Notes: a model not told the origin generated them from the sequence alone. DNA of 64,000 nucleotides from an archaeon GW2011_AR15 (GCA_000830295.1 CP010425.1:1093691-1157690), one strand, 5' to 3'; positions 27,632 through 38,258 are shown, counted from the first letter of the stretch. A program made the numbers and translations.

Positions 27632-30223
27632 TTATTTTTCTGTTTTATTTTCTGTTTTGGTGTTTTCGCTTACAGCATAATTAAGCATCTGCATTGACAG
27701 GTTGTCGAGGAATGTCGTTTTCCTGGACACCGCCAGAGTAAATTCTTTAATATCAAGTATTGACGAGAGAGCATCGTATGCCGGGAACTTATCGCCGTTA
27801 TTAAACATGTAAAGCATATCTTCAAAGCTGTTGTGCCTGACATTCAGCAGGACTTTTGCATTATCTGTGCCGGGTTCTGTCTTGTATACAAAAAGCGGCT
27901 CTCCCCTGCCAAGAAGTGAGGTCTCTTTGCCGAGATAATACCCCATATTGTAGATTGCCAGCATTGTATTATCCCTATCCCTCCTGTCGTGGCCATAAGC
28001 AGGACTGCTGTGCTTCATAACCTCATATTCAATGCTGCCCTTATCATAATAGCCAAAGCATTTGATTATTTCGTCCCTGATAAAGTCTTTCAGCTTAGCT
28101 ATACCCGGGTATGTTGTTTCATCCGGGGTGTATTCTATTACAGTCGGGAACCGGGGCACGCCCTGTCTTTTGCCATTGCTCTGGTCCATTTTGCTTTTTA
28201 TTGTTTCCCCTACCCTTGCTATGCCATATATTGCCGCGCCTCCGACAGCCAGAGGAACCCCTATAGCCAGCACACCTGCCCCGACTGTCATGATTGTCAC
28301 TACTCCTGTGCCTATCAGAAAAGTCCCTCCAACCACAATTCCTGCGCCTCTTGCAACTCCTTTTACAGCATGCCCTGCTGCATATGCAGCATCCCTAGCT
28401 GCCCGGGTAGTCGCAGGTATTGTCCTTCTGAGTATTTCCATATCATAGTTCTTCATTTTGGTTGGTTTTGCGCTTTTTACAAGGTCTACAAGACCTCTGT
28501 CAAGCGGGTTCACCCTGATTATATTGCTCTTCTCCATCTGCGATATAAAAGGCGTCCATATGCTGTTAACCATGTAGCCGAATCTCGGGTTGTCAAGAAG
28601 AGAGACAAAATCCTCGAGCGTGATATTTTTGCTGTTTACATTGCTGAACATTACTGTTTTTGATATCCTGTCATACACTCCTGCTATTGTATCTTCGTTC
28701 TTGTATTCCCTGTTCTTTCCGTATGTGTGGTAAATCTTGGCAAAGTCAACAAGGTATTTCAGCGCGGCATTCTTTTCTGACATGCCCCCTTTTTTCATAA
28801 AATCAGGGAGCTGCACTACAAAATCCAGGTATTCCTTCTGGAGCTTTCTTATTATCCTGTTGTAAAGCGGGCTGGACTCGTTTACCTTATCCCAGAGCCA
28901 TCTGGTTACTTCAAGCTCTGGTGCTTCTATGGAAGCCTCTACCCCAAGCATTGAACCGGTGAACAGGTTCCTGTCAACCTTGTCTATGTAAACTCCCTCT
29001 TTCAGGAACTCCATGTTTCCTGTGAAAGAATGGCGCCGAGGCCTGAGAGGCATGCCGAAGAAGCCATGGAAATCCTTATCTTCTATCTCTGCCATGTAAA
29101 GATATCTCCCCTTCAGCCCTGGCTTTCTTTTTGGTGCCTCTATCCTTGCTTTGGCCTGCAATTCTTTACTGAATTCTTCACTGTAATCAACAAGCTTATC
29201 TCTGCTTCCGAGCAGCATCTGGATAGCGGCCGCTTCTTTCTGGCCAATAACAAGTGTAATGCCTCCGTCCAGACACTCATGCTTTTCTGCTTCAGATGTC
29301 GGGACATAGCGCACTTTCCTGTTTTTTATTGCATCTTCCAGCGATACTGCTTTTCCTGCAGTTGACATGAAAAACTTTGCCTCAAAGAAACTGTCACGGT
29401 CTGCGCCGAAAGTTTTTTCCTCGTAATCAAAATCATCATCTTTCTCCGGCCTATAGTGCGCCAGTGCCGAAATTATCCTTGGCCTCAGGTATTTCACATG
29501 CGCCCTTTCATTGTGGTCATACTTAGATGCCGCTTTTGCCAGGAATTTCGCAACTGCCTGGTCTGCTATGGTCTGTTTAATATGCTTTTCCTTGCCGTTG
29601 TCCAGGCCTGTAAATTTCTCATCGTATATCTGGTATTTTGTATTCATGACTATCTCCGTGGCCGGCAGGAGTGAGTAGTCCCTTATGGTATCAAGATAAC
29701 GGTCATGGTAGAGCACTGTTATATCTGAGCGGATTTCACTTTTCTCATCCATATTGAGTACATAGTCTGAATAGAAGGTCCCGTAGCTGCTGTAGTATAC
29801 AGAATTCATAATCGGTGTTTTCGGAACATAAAAATCAAACTGGTATCCTGAAAGTGAAACCGAGTCCTTAATCAGTATGTTCTTCTCTTTAAACTTAAAT
29901 TCAGGAGTGTCTTCAAGGAATCTCTGCCTGTAGACAGATGTCTGAAGGTCCTTGTTGACTTCATTAAGGTGCTGTATAGGGAATCCTTTGATTCCCTTCA
30001 GCTGTTGCAGAAGCTCCAGGAGCTCTCCATTCCCGATATATACTGCATCCGGTGCAATTTTCAGCGCCTTTGAGCCGATGAATCTCCTGTCTGTAACATA
30101 CTCTATCTCCCCTCCCGTCCGGCCTGCAAGTTTTACAAGCTCTTCAAGGTCAAGTGCTGTACCGTCCAGCTTCTTCACTCCCTCAATCTTCATGAGTTGA
30201 GATATCAATTGCTTGTCATTCAT
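27632..30223 (-). CDS. Large hypothetical protein with Hsp90-middle-like modules and a Gly-rich membrane segment
   Basis: 863 aa; FFMSTAGKAVSLEDA, MFSNVNSKNITLEDF, LLNVRH; hydrophobic AGIVVGGTFLIGTG...GGAAIYGIA. Confidence 0.6.
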   Translation of the reverse strand: MNDKQLISQLMKIEGVKKLDGTALDLEELVKLAGRTGGEIEYVTDRRFIGSKALKIAPDAVYIGNGELLELLQQLKGIKGFPIQHLNEVNKDLQTSVYRQRFLEDTPEFKFKEKNILIKDSVSLSGYQFDFYVPKTPIMNSVYYSSYGTFYSDYVLNMDEKSEIRSDITVLYHDRYLDTIRDYSLLPATEIVMNTKYQIYDEKFTGLDNGKEKHIKQTIADQAVAKFLAKAASKYDHNERAHVKYLRPRIISALAHYRPEKDDDFDYEEKTFGADRDSFFEAKFFMSTAGKAVSLEDAIKNRKVRYVPTSEAEKHECLDGGITLVIGQKEAAAIQMLLGSRDKLVDYSEEFSKELQAKARIEAPKRKPGLKGRYLYMAEIEDKDFHGFFGMPLRPRRHSFTGNMEFLKEGVYIDKVDRNLFTGSMLGVEASIEAPELEVTRWLWDKVNESSPLYNRIIRKLQKEYLDFVVQLPDFMKKGGMSEKNAALKYLVDFAKIYHTYGKNREYKNEDTIAGVYDRISKTVMFSNVNSKNITLEDFVSLLDNPRFGYMVNSIWTPFISQMEKSNIIRVNPLDRGLVDLVKSAKPTKMKNYDMEILRRTIPATTRAARDAAYAAGHAVKGVARGAGIVVGGTFLIGTGVVTIMTVGAGVLAIGVPLAVGGAAIYGIARVGETIKSKMDQSNGKRQGVPRFPTVIEYTPDETTYPGIAKLKDFIRDEIIKCFGYYDKGSIEYEVMKHSSPAYGHDRRDRDNTMLAIYNMGYYLGKETSLLGRGEPLFVYKTEPGTDNAKVLLNVRHNSFEDMLYMFNNGDKFPAYDALSSILDIKEFTLAVSRKTTFLDNLSMQMLNYAVSENTKTENKTEK

Positions 30224-32880
30224 CTGCTTCCACCGCCGAAAAAAGAAAATTTCCCCATTTTTGTGTAATTATATATCAGGAAGTTGGTCATGTTCTGGTT
30301 ATTTGTGCGCAGCTGAAAGAAGTTTATGAGGGGGTTCCCCACATATGTGCTGCAGAGCTGATTGAAGTATCCGACTGCCTCTTCACTGATTTTCTCGAGA
30401 AGGACAGAATATTCCGGGTTTCCCGAATCGATTTTCGCACCAGAGTATTCATCATCAAATATCATAGGCAGGTCAGGGGATTCAACAACAATTTCAAATC
30501 CTGAAACTGGCAGCTCTATAGTGGTTTCAGATACCTTTCTGTTATAATGCTTGAACTGGACTGTGTTTTTGCCGAATCTTTCAACGTCCCTTGAAATGCT
30601 CATAGACAGGTCGTATTGCGAGCCATCTATATCAAGGCTGACATTTTTGCCTGGGTTGTATGGGCTTCTCCAGAATGAATAGTATTCCGGCTTTCTTTCT
30701 TCAAATCTTCTTCTGGGGGTGTAATCATGCGGCGCCACTTCATATCCCATCTCCCCAAGCATGTCTGCGCAGAACTGCACTATCTTAGTGCCCTCATTCA
30801 TCAGGACAATCCTGTTCGACATGGTCTCATAGGTCTCATCTTTCCCAACCCAGCTGTCATAGAACAGCAGGCCCCTGTCCCTCTTCGGAGAATCCTCTAT
30901 GTCCTTTGCCAGCTTATTTATTGAAACCTTATCCTCACTTGTTGTTTTGAATATAGGAAATTCCCGGAATGAAGTGATAAGTTCTTCTCCTGAATTCCTG
31001 AATGATTCAGGGCTGTTTATTATGAAATCCCTGATCATGGCTTCCATTCTTTCGAAATCTGTCTTCTCTGAATCCCTGCTCCTTTCTGTGCTGTATGTCG
31101 GCTTGCTCTTTACTTTGAGGAAGGCATTTACATACAGCTCAGCTGCTGCCTTCTTCAGGTCAGCCATGAAATTCTCATTTTCCTTCTCTCCAGGCACAAG
31201 GTCTGTCATGGCATCTATAAGCCTCAGCTCGTCATTGTTAACTATACCGTAGAAAGGCAGGTCAAGTATCTCAGAAAATTTTATTTTCTTCACTTCACGG
31301 CCGTCATTAAGAATAGTTACCAGTCCATTTGCGGATTTGTTGACAGGTATTGCAAGTTCTCCTCTTGTCCTGCCATAGTCGAAGGATATCTTAAAGAACT
31401 GGTTCTTATCATAGTATGGCAGGATCGGGCTGAGCCTGATCTGCCTTTCAAACTGGTAAGCGCTGTATTCTACTGCAAGCGAATTTGTCAGATTGATAAA
31501 CTCTACTTTTTTTTTTGCCTCTTTAAATCTCTTCTCAATAAGGGCCATGACTACATCTTCCTTGCCTGAAAACGGCAGGTATTCTGCAAGCAGTTGCTCT
31601 CCTGTTGAGATAATTGAGAAAATATTTTTTATAGACCTGTGGAACAGTTCTTTTGACTTATCATACTCTCCTCTCACTGCCTGCAGTTCCGGGATGTACA
31701 CTAGTGGAATTCCTTCTTTCGGGAAGGGGAATGCTTCAGTTGTGTAGTATACTCTGGCTGTCTTGCTGCCTTTATTTTTCAGCAAAGCCTTGACAAGGCC
31801 TTCGTATGAATATGCATCCTTTCCTGTATGGTCCTGGAACAGCGGTGCAGAAAGCAGCGCTTTTATGGCTTTTTCCGAGATATGCTCTGTCTGGAACCCA
31901 AACATATTGCTGTATAAGACGCTGAATCCTGCTATCCTTGCTATCTCCTTTTTTTGTTTCTCGTATGCCATGTCCCCTTTTGTCGGCTTCTTGTATTTGG
32001 ACATGCTCCCTATATCGCTGAAATTCTTCCCAAGCTCAGCAAGGAATTCATCCACGTAGCCCCTTATAGCCATCCTCTCCTTATAAAAAGAGCCGGAGAT
32101 GACTTTGCCGCTGATATCCTTTTCAAGATCGTCAAAAGCAGCCATGCCTGACAGTGTTACCCCCGGGGCTACCTCAACAGCCGTGCTTGAGACTTTCTTT
32201 CCGAAATTCGTTATATCTATCCTGTGCTTTTCTGCGGGGTTCTCGAGTGCCAGTATTCCCTCAAGCCCGTCTGCAGAAAACCTGTGCTGGAAGCTTGAAT
32301 GGGGAAAATTAAACCCGACTGAGATGTCCTTTACATTGTTGTATTTTACTGGAATAGGTGAATACAGCTGGTCTTTTATTGCTTTGTATATAGGCCTGCG
32401 CTGCTCCGGGAGGACGCCCCTTGAAAGGTCATTCGAGAAGTATATCAATGTCGTTTCTTTCTTTTTTGGCCTGATGGTTTTTACAGCCAGGTCTTCGGCC
32501 TCTTTGCCTGCATCAAGGTTCGCTGCAAAGTGCTTTCCATTCCAGTGCGTATAGACATTCATGTTTTCTGCCCCGCCTATACCTATTATTCCTGCCACAG
32601 TTTTCTGGAATGCGTTGGAAACATTGAACAGCTCCTCCTCTGAGCCGTATATCCTGAACGGGTCTTCTATAATCTCCGGAGGTATCCCCTTCCCGTCAAA
32701 TTCAATTCTCGTGGAAAATACGCTTTCGGAGATATTGAAGAAACTCGCATTATTCCTGACTGCAATCTCATATAGGGAAAAAATAGATTCTGTCCATTCT
32801 GAAAGCGTTTCTTTAAGCAGCTTCCTTCTCCTTGCTGCTTCATCAATCCCTATTTTAAGCGTGCCGATTGCCTTTGACAT
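30220..32880 (-). CDS. Large protein with a degenerate GHKL-like N-domain and repeated Hsp90-middle-like modules
   Basis: 886 aa; SLYEIAVRNNA and FDGKGI in place of ExxxN and DxGxG; three beta-rich repeats. Confidence 0.6.
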   Translation of the reverse strand: MSKAIGTLKIGIDEAARRRKLLKETLSEWTESIFSLYEIAVRNNASFFNISESVFSTRIEFDGKGIPPEIIEDPFRIYGSEEELFNVSNAFQKTVAGIIGIGGAENMNVYTHWNGKHFAANLDAGKEAEDLAVKTIRPKKKETTLIYFSNDLSRGVLPEQRRPIYKAIKDQLYSPIPVKYNNVKDISVGFNFPHSSFQHRFSADGLEGILALENPAEKHRIDITNFGKKVSSTAVEVAPGVTLSGMAAFDDLEKDISGKVISGSFYKERMAIRGYVDEFLAELGKNFSDIGSMSKYKKPTKGDMAYEKQKKEIARIAGFSVLYSNMFGFQTEHISEKAIKALLSAPLFQDHTGKDAYSYEGLVKALLKNKGSKTARVYYTTEAFPFPKEGIPLVYIPELQAVRGEYDKSKELFHRSIKNIFSIISTGEQLLAEYLPFSGKEDVVMALIEKRFKEAKKKVEFINLTNSLAVEYSAYQFERQIRLSPILPYYDKNQFFKISFDYGRTRGELAIPVNKSANGLVTILNDGREVKKIKFSEILDLPFYGIVNNDELRLIDAMTDLVPGEKENENFMADLKKAAAELYVNAFLKVKSKPTYSTERSRDSEKTDFERMEAMIRDFIINSPESFRNSGEELITSFREFPIFKTTSEDKVSINKLAKDIEDSPKRDRGLLFYDSWVGKDETYETMSNRIVLMNEGTKIVQFCADMLGEMGYEVAPHDYTPRRRFEERKPEYYSFWRSPYNPGKNVSLDIDGSQYDLSMSISRDVERFGKNTVQFKHYNRKVSETTIELPVSGFEIVVESPDLPMIFDDEYSGAKIDSGNPEYSVLLEKISEEAVGYFNQLCSTYVGNPLINFFQLRTNNQNMTNFLIYNYTKMGKFSFFGGGSR

Positions 32881-32882
32881 TT

Positions 32883-35030
32883 TTATTTAACCCCGTATTC
32901 CAGTTTCAGGATTTTTGAATACATCTTTGCAGCCCTTCCCGGGTGCCCTGCATTTGACAGGGAAATGAATCTTCTGTTTCTCTCGTCATTATAATTAATA
33001 AAAAGCGTCCTCTGCCTTCCCTCAATTAATCTCCCTTCCTTTCCGACAGACGCAAAAAGCTCCCTGCTGATATTGTTCCAGTTCCCGTTGCCCTTGTAAT
33101 ACATCTCACCGCCTCCATTGCCGCTGGCAACAAGAATTTTCTCATATTCTATGCTGCCTGAAGCTGTAAAATCAGCAAACCTCACGTAATCAAAAGGAAG
33201 CTGCCTGACAAGGTAATCCAGGAATTTCTCTTCCCTGTCTGTAGGTTCAATTTGATTTGGGATGAAAAACAGGCCATTTATGTTCTCCGAGGATTCAAAG
33301 TTGAATATCCCCATGCTTCCCAGTTTTCTTGCATGCTGCGTGCCTGCCTTTATCACTGGAATGCTGTATTCGCCAAGTTTTTTTGCTATGCCTGTGTTAT
33401 CCTCCTGGCCCTCTGTGAAAATACAGCCGAATTCCTTCCTTACCCTGATAAGGTCATCAAGGGAGCATGACTTTGCTTCCTGGCTTTCAGCAAGGGGGAT
33501 GAATTTTGATTCGTATGCAAGTGAGTTTGTATAGCTCCCTACCAGCCTGATGGCTTTTTGCCTTATGCGGTTCTTATAAAAATCAGGGCTGATTATTTTA
33601 ACAGCCAGCCTGTTTCTGAAAGGGCCCATCGCACTTCCCTGCTTTACCCTCGAATCAATTGAGGTTACAAGCTCGAGTGCGGCAACTGCTATATCTGGTG
33701 ACAGGGGCAGCACTGGCTTTTCTTTTGAGGCGTCAATGGCTTCAAAGAATTTTGTGTATAGCCTCTTTTCCATCTCAGGAATCTGCTGGAGGATTGTCTT
33801 GTACTGCTTTCCTTTCTCCCCCTCCCTTGCTATCCCTTCTCTTGTCAGGTCATGGTGAATCATGGGAGAATCAATATAGATAGTGATATTGCTGCTTGGC
33901 AGGTCTTTTTCCTTGCCTTCCCACAGCAGAATCCCCTTGTTCCTTACTTCTATGGCAGTGTGCTCTTTTGTTTCTTTTCCTATGACCATTGATATTTTTG
34001 TGCCGTTGAATTCCTTGTCCAGCCTTATGCTGTCAAGCGCATCCAGCAGTTTCGCCCTGTATGAACCGTCTACTTTATCCTTATGCGCGAGTATCATTTT
34101 AGGGTTAAAGAAAGCCTGCGATCTCCAGCCGTATCTGGAAAGAGACCTGAATCCTTCAGGAACCACCCCCCTGAATTCAGGGGATACAAGTTTTGCAATT
34201 ATCCTGTCAAGCTCTGATTCATGGCTCGCTGCGATGTTCAGCCTTACAAATTCCGGCTTCGGCCCACTCACAATTTTATAGCTCCTGTATCCCTGGCCGT
34301 CATCTGCAAATCCCTTGTCATCATTGTTTATATCAAGGAATTCCCAGCCTTCGCCTTCCTCTTTCCGGGGGTCAAACGGGATTACTCCAAAATATAATGG
34401 GGCCTCAATTTTGCTCGTCCACCTCTGGATTACGCCCAGGACACTCTCAACAAACTTATCTTCCCTGTCGCTTGGTATCGGGTTAAACATCTGCATTATG
34501 GAAGTGCCGAAATTCTCAGGAATTACCCCCTTTGTGCCCTCTGACGACCAGAAATCCTCTTTTGTGAATATGTACTGCTCTATTCTCGGAAAATTTTTCT
34601 GGGGATTGTTGTCTGTGAATACAAGCCTGTATACAGGTGTTTCTCCCTTTGGGATACCCATCTCTGTCCAGTCCTTTTTCTCCCCGAACTTGGGCGTGGT
34701 GTTTACAATAGTGTATTTCCAGTCAAGGCCGAGCTTGCACATTGTTCCTATGCCGTACTTCCCGGTCTGTGTAAAGTCCTTGTCTTTTGTGCTTGAGAAC
34801 AGGACAAGATAATTTTCTTTCAGCACACTGTAGTCCATGCCTATCCCGTTATCATTATACATAACAAAAGGGTATACTATATTTTCAGACCGTATGCTTG
34901 TGAACCCGACAATTATCTCAAGCCTGCTTGATTTCGCATCCTGCATATTCTGTATCTCCTCCCTTGGGGCAAGCTCAGGCGGAACGTGCTTGATTATTTT
35001 CTGGTATTCTGCAAGGAGTTTCGTGTCCAT
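32883..35030 (-). CDS. GHKL (Hsp90/MORC-like) ATPase
   Basis: REEIQNMQDA, DNGIGM, FSSTK, TGKYGIG, FGT Bergerat-fold motifs. Confidence 0.85.
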   Translation of the reverse strand: MDTKLLAEYQKIIKHVPPELAPREEIQNMQDAKSSRLEIIVGFTSIRSENIVYPFVMYNDNGIGMDYSVLKENYLVLFSSTKDKDFTQTGKYGIGTMCKLGLDWKYTIVNTTPKFGEKKDWTEMGIPKGETPVYRLVFTDNNPQKNFPRIEQYIFTKEDFWSSEGTKGVIPENFGTSIMQMFNPIPSDREDKFVESVLGVIQRWTSKIEAPLYFGVIPFDPRKEEGEGWEFLDINNDDKGFADDGQGYRSYKIVSGPKPEFVRLNIAASHESELDRIIAKLVSPEFRGVVPEGFRSLSRYGWRSQAFFNPKMILAHKDKVDGSYRAKLLDALDSIRLDKEFNGTKISMVIGKETKEHTAIEVRNKGILLWEGKEKDLPSSNITIYIDSPMIHHDLTREGIAREGEKGKQYKTILQQIPEMEKRLYTKFFEAIDASKEKPVLPLSPDIAVAALELVTSIDSRVKQGSAMGPFRNRLAVKIISPDFYKNRIRQKAIRLVGSYTNSLAYESKFIPLAESQEAKSCSLDDLIRVRKEFGCIFTEGQEDNTGIAKKLGEYSIPVIKAGTQHARKLGSMGIFNFESSENINGLFFIPNQIEPTDREEKFLDYLVRQLPFDYVRFADFTASGSIEYEKILVASGNGGGEMYYKGNGNWNNISRELFASVGKEGRLIEGRQRTLFINYNDERNRRFISLSNAGHPGRAAKMYSKILKLEYGVK

Positions 35031-35031
35031 T

Positions 35032-35991
35032 TTACCTCCTGCCCGGGTAGTATATCTGCGGAGACCTGTCTATTCCGCTGTCTGCCAGCATTTCTGCAAG
35101 CTTGTCTGCAATTGCTTTCTCATGCACTGCATATATTGCCCCAAAATTGTAGCCTATGCTGTCCGGAAGTTTTGCCAGAATCTCTTCTTTAACAGGAGGA
35201 AGCATCATTGAGTTGAAATCAGGCACTGCAGTTTTCCTCTGTTTTATGTCTTCCCCTATTTCCTGGTAAGGAAAAACTGCAACCATGGCGTCATTCTCCC
35301 CTATAAAATCAGCAATCCAGTCGGGGTTTGCAGTCTGGGAAAAGTAAAAATATCCAAGGTTGCCAAAAGATATATTCCTGATCCTTATGTCCCCTGCCAT
35401 CTCTCTAATGTGGGGCCTGTGTCCGTAGCTGTCAAGGGCGTTATAGAAACTAAATCCATCCAGGGCCATGTTAGTCTTAAGGAATCCGCTGAATTCTGGC
35501 GTGGGCTCTACGGTTTTTTTCTTTTTGTTTACTTTGAAGAACCTGTCCAGCCTGCCCTGCCTGTGTTCTATATCAGCTTTGATGTGCGAAAATGTCGCGT
35601 ATGGCGTCATAATCTCAGCATCCAGAAGGTATGTTGCATAGCCTTCTGCATCAGGGTTTATTTTCCATCTCCACTGGGAATTGAAGTACCCCTTTATTTT
35701 ACTATCACCAAGTATGTCCGGGCTGCCCTTGGCATTCCTGAAATATTCTGCATAGTATATCACCTGCGGCATGCCTGTTGCAGCCATTATTGAGAGCCCG
35801 TTATCTGTATCAAGAGCATATCTGGCAACACTGCTTTTTGTGTTGCTGAATATATATTCAAATCTCTCTATTGCGTCATCCCTTTCAGGAAAATAGCTGT
35901 CGAGCGTCACTCCGGCCAGTATGCTGAGAAGCTGAGACTTGTATCTCTCAAATTCTTCATCTGCTATTATTTTTGTTATCAGCTCTGCCAT
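35032..35991 (-). CDS. Hypothetical protein (GHKL operon)
   Basis: 319-aa ORF ending 1 bp before the ATPase start; GGAGG SD within its 3' end. Confidence 0.75.
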   Translation of the reverse strand: MAELITKIIADEEFERYKSQLLSILAGVTLDSYFPERDDAIERFEYIFSNTKSSVARYALDTDNGLSIMAATGMPQVIYYAEYFRNAKGSPDILGDSKIKGYFNSQWRWKINPDAEGYATYLLDAEIMTPYATFSHIKADIEHRQGRLDRFFKVNKKKKTVEPTPEFSGFLKTNMALDGFSFYNALDSYGHRPHIREMAGDIRIRNISFGNLGYFYFSQTANPDWIADFIGENDAMVAVFPYQEIGEDIKQRKTAVPDFNSMMLPPVKEEILAKLPDSIGYNFGAIYAVHEKAIADKLAEMLADSGIDRSPQIYYPGRR

Positions 35992-36024
35992 CGCTTTCCC
36001 GTTAAAAAGTATAAAAAAGAAAAT

Positions 36025-37332
36025 TTATCCCTTCAGCTGCTTCCTGTTGCCTGGGCCTATCTTATATTGGCTTCTTGGCATCCTGTCCGGGACTATGTGA
36101 AGGGGATCCTCTCCAAGCATGAGAGTGGCGCCGCTTTCCAGCCTGAGGAATATCTGCCTGTTATCATCTACAAGCTGCCTTAGCTCAATCATTGAAGAGC
36201 GCAGTGTGGCATAGAGTGTTTCTTCCCTTTCAATATAGTTGTAGTTGCCCTGCTGTATTCCCTTCAGTATATCAGCTGACGCTGAGCCAAGTATCTGGGC
36301 AGGACCTGTCTGGAGCAGATCAATCGCGCTGTTTGTCCTTACTTTCCTTGATTCCTCAAGCGTTTTTTCATAGAAGTGATGCATTGCAGAATAGGCTTTC
36401 ATAAGCCCTTCCCTGGCATTGAAAAGCTGCCTGAATACCATTTTTGCAGATGCAGCCTGGCTCTCTCCTGTAACAAGCTCCCTCAGCACTTCATAATGCT
36501 CTTTTGTCTTTCCTCCTTTCTGGAAGACCTCATGTGCATTGCTTATCCCAAGCTGGCTGAATGCCTCTGCTCTTGCATTGCTCAATATCTCATATTTTTC
36601 TGAGGCGAGATCCACATTCTTTTCTGCTGTTGAAAGCACTGCAGCAAGATATGCCTGCTGGTCAACTATGAAATCCTGGAGTTTCCTGATAACTGTTTCC
36701 TGGTTGCCCATCTCATTAATATATCCAAGGTCTGTGTCCAGAAGCTCATAGGAAATTTCTGTTAATGTTTTGCCGCCTTTGAATAGTGGCTTAGGATCAA
36801 AAAGGCTTGCCAGCCCCTTTTCTTTTACATTGTCTACATATTTCTCAAGCCCGCGCTTTGAAGGAAGGCTGTCTCTGGCTTTGTCAACGAGTGCCATCGG
36901 ATTTATCTTCTTTTTAACGGCACTGACTCCCTCATCAATGCTTTCTCCCACATATGGAAGCATTGCAATCCTGGTCTGGGCATATGTGTACGGAGATTTC
37001 CTGTTGAATTCTTTCTGGAGTTTGTTTCTCTTTTTGGAAAGGTCTCTCATTGCATCTGTGGAATTTGAGACTGTCTTGACAATCTTCTCAAGATCAGGAA
37101 TTGAGTCCACCCATGCTATAAGTATGTTTGCAGCGTCATCATCTGCCTTGCCTGTTGGTGTAACCACAACCTGCTCATGCCTCAGCCGGTATCCTCCTAT
37201 CTCAAAATCCCCGTTTCCTTCGAATTTGGGAAAAAGCTCATACTCAATGCCCTTTGCTTCTTCCATAGCAGAAGCTATCTTCTGGAATATCTCATCAAAA
37301 TTGTATGTTTTGCCATCAATTACAGTTGTCAT
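36025..37332 (-). CDS. Helical/coiled-coil hypothetical protein (first gene of the GHKL operon)
   Basis: 435-aa ORF, SD GGGGGAG, long amphipathic helices. Confidence 0.75.
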   Translation of the reverse strand: MTTVIDGKTYNFDEIFQKIASAMEEAKGIEYELFPKFEGNGDFEIGGYRLRHEQVVVTPTGKADDDAANILIAWVDSIPDLEKIVKTVSNSTDAMRDLSKKRNKLQKEFNRKSPYTYAQTRIAMLPYVGESIDEGVSAVKKKINPMALVDKARDSLPSKRGLEKYVDNVKEKGLASLFDPKPLFKGGKTLTEISYELLDTDLGYINEMGNQETVIRKLQDFIVDQQAYLAAVLSTAEKNVDLASEKYEILSNARAEAFSQLGISNAHEVFQKGGKTKEHYEVLRELVTGESQAASAKMVFRQLFNAREGLMKAYSAMHHFYEKTLEESRKVRTNSAIDLLQTGPAQILGSASADILKGIQQGNYNYIEREETLYATLRSSMIELRQLVDDNRQIFLRLESGATLMLGEDPLHIVPDRMPRSQYKIGPGNRKQLKG

Positions 37333-37493
37333 TAAAGTCTCCCCCTCACATTATTTTTATTAGCCTAATTATATGACGGGAGAATCTCAGGCTATATTTA
37401 AAGCTATGGTGGTATTATTCACTCTATAGTGATGTCTTTTTGCAGTTAGAGATAACTAGAAATTTTATAAAGTAATTGTTTATTCTGATGCCT

Positions 37494-38258
37494 ATGAATA
37501 TACTTGTAGTCCGGCCAAGAGGATTTTACCTGGAAACTCTTGCAAGGCTGAAAAAGGTTCTTGGCGGCAATAAATATAATATTGTGGACAGGGAGGATCT
37601 TCTGGGATCCCATTACAACAATATTGAGCTTGTTATTGTAGTGGGCGGGGATGGGACTTTCCTGAGGGCAGGCCATTTCAATGACAAGATACCCATGTTC
37701 GGCATCAACCCTGCCCCAGGCGAGAAAGAAGGGTTTTTCATGCAGGCTGACAAAAATGATTTTGAGGAAAAAATAAAAAAAGTCCTTGGCGGAAAATACA
37801 GGCTGTCAAAGCTCCAGAGGCTGAGTGTTTTAATAAACGGGAAAGAGATAGAAGAGTTAGCACTTAATGAAGTCTACATCGGGGATGCAAAGCCCTATAC
37901 CATGTTCAATTATTTTATGAAAGTCGGAAAAGATACAGAATACCATAGGAGCTCCGGGGTATTGATAGGCACTGCCTCAGGAAGCCATGCCTGGTTAAAA
38001 TCTGCAGAAGGGAAAGTCATGAAAAAAGAGGAAAGGGGGATGCAGTATGCCTCAAGGGAATTGTATAAGGGCAGGCTGACTCCCGGCTACAGGCTAAAGA
38101 GCGGGATTCTTGCTGAAGGGGAAAAAATAGAAATAATCCCTGATATGCCTGCAATTGTTGTGGCTGACTCCGTGGGCAGAGAATACGCTGTAAAGAGAAA
38201 AGACAGGATTATAGTGACGACCTCAAAACATGATCTTAATCTTATAGAATTACTTTAA
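37494..38258 (+). CDS. nadK: NAD(+) kinase
   Basis: GGDGTFL, ALNE, GTASGSHAW motifs. Confidence 0.88.
   Translation: MNILVVRPRGFYLETLARLKKVLGGNKYNIVDREDLLGSHYNNIELVIVVGGDGTFLRAGHFNDKIPMFGINPAPGEKEGFFMQADKNDFEEKIKKVLGGKYRLSKLQRLSVLINGKEIEELALNEVYIGDAKPYTMFNYFMKVGKDTEYHRSSGVLIGTASGSHAWLKSAEGKVMKKEERGMQYASRELYKGRLTPGYRLKSGILAEGEKIEIIPDMPAIVVADSVGREYAVKRKDRIIVTTSKHDLNLIELL

Noticed and set aside
27611-27660. Short tandem repeat TTTCTG(G/T)TTTATT x3-4
   Set aside because: Low-complexity T-rich tract between convergent genes; explained as terminator/slippage sequence
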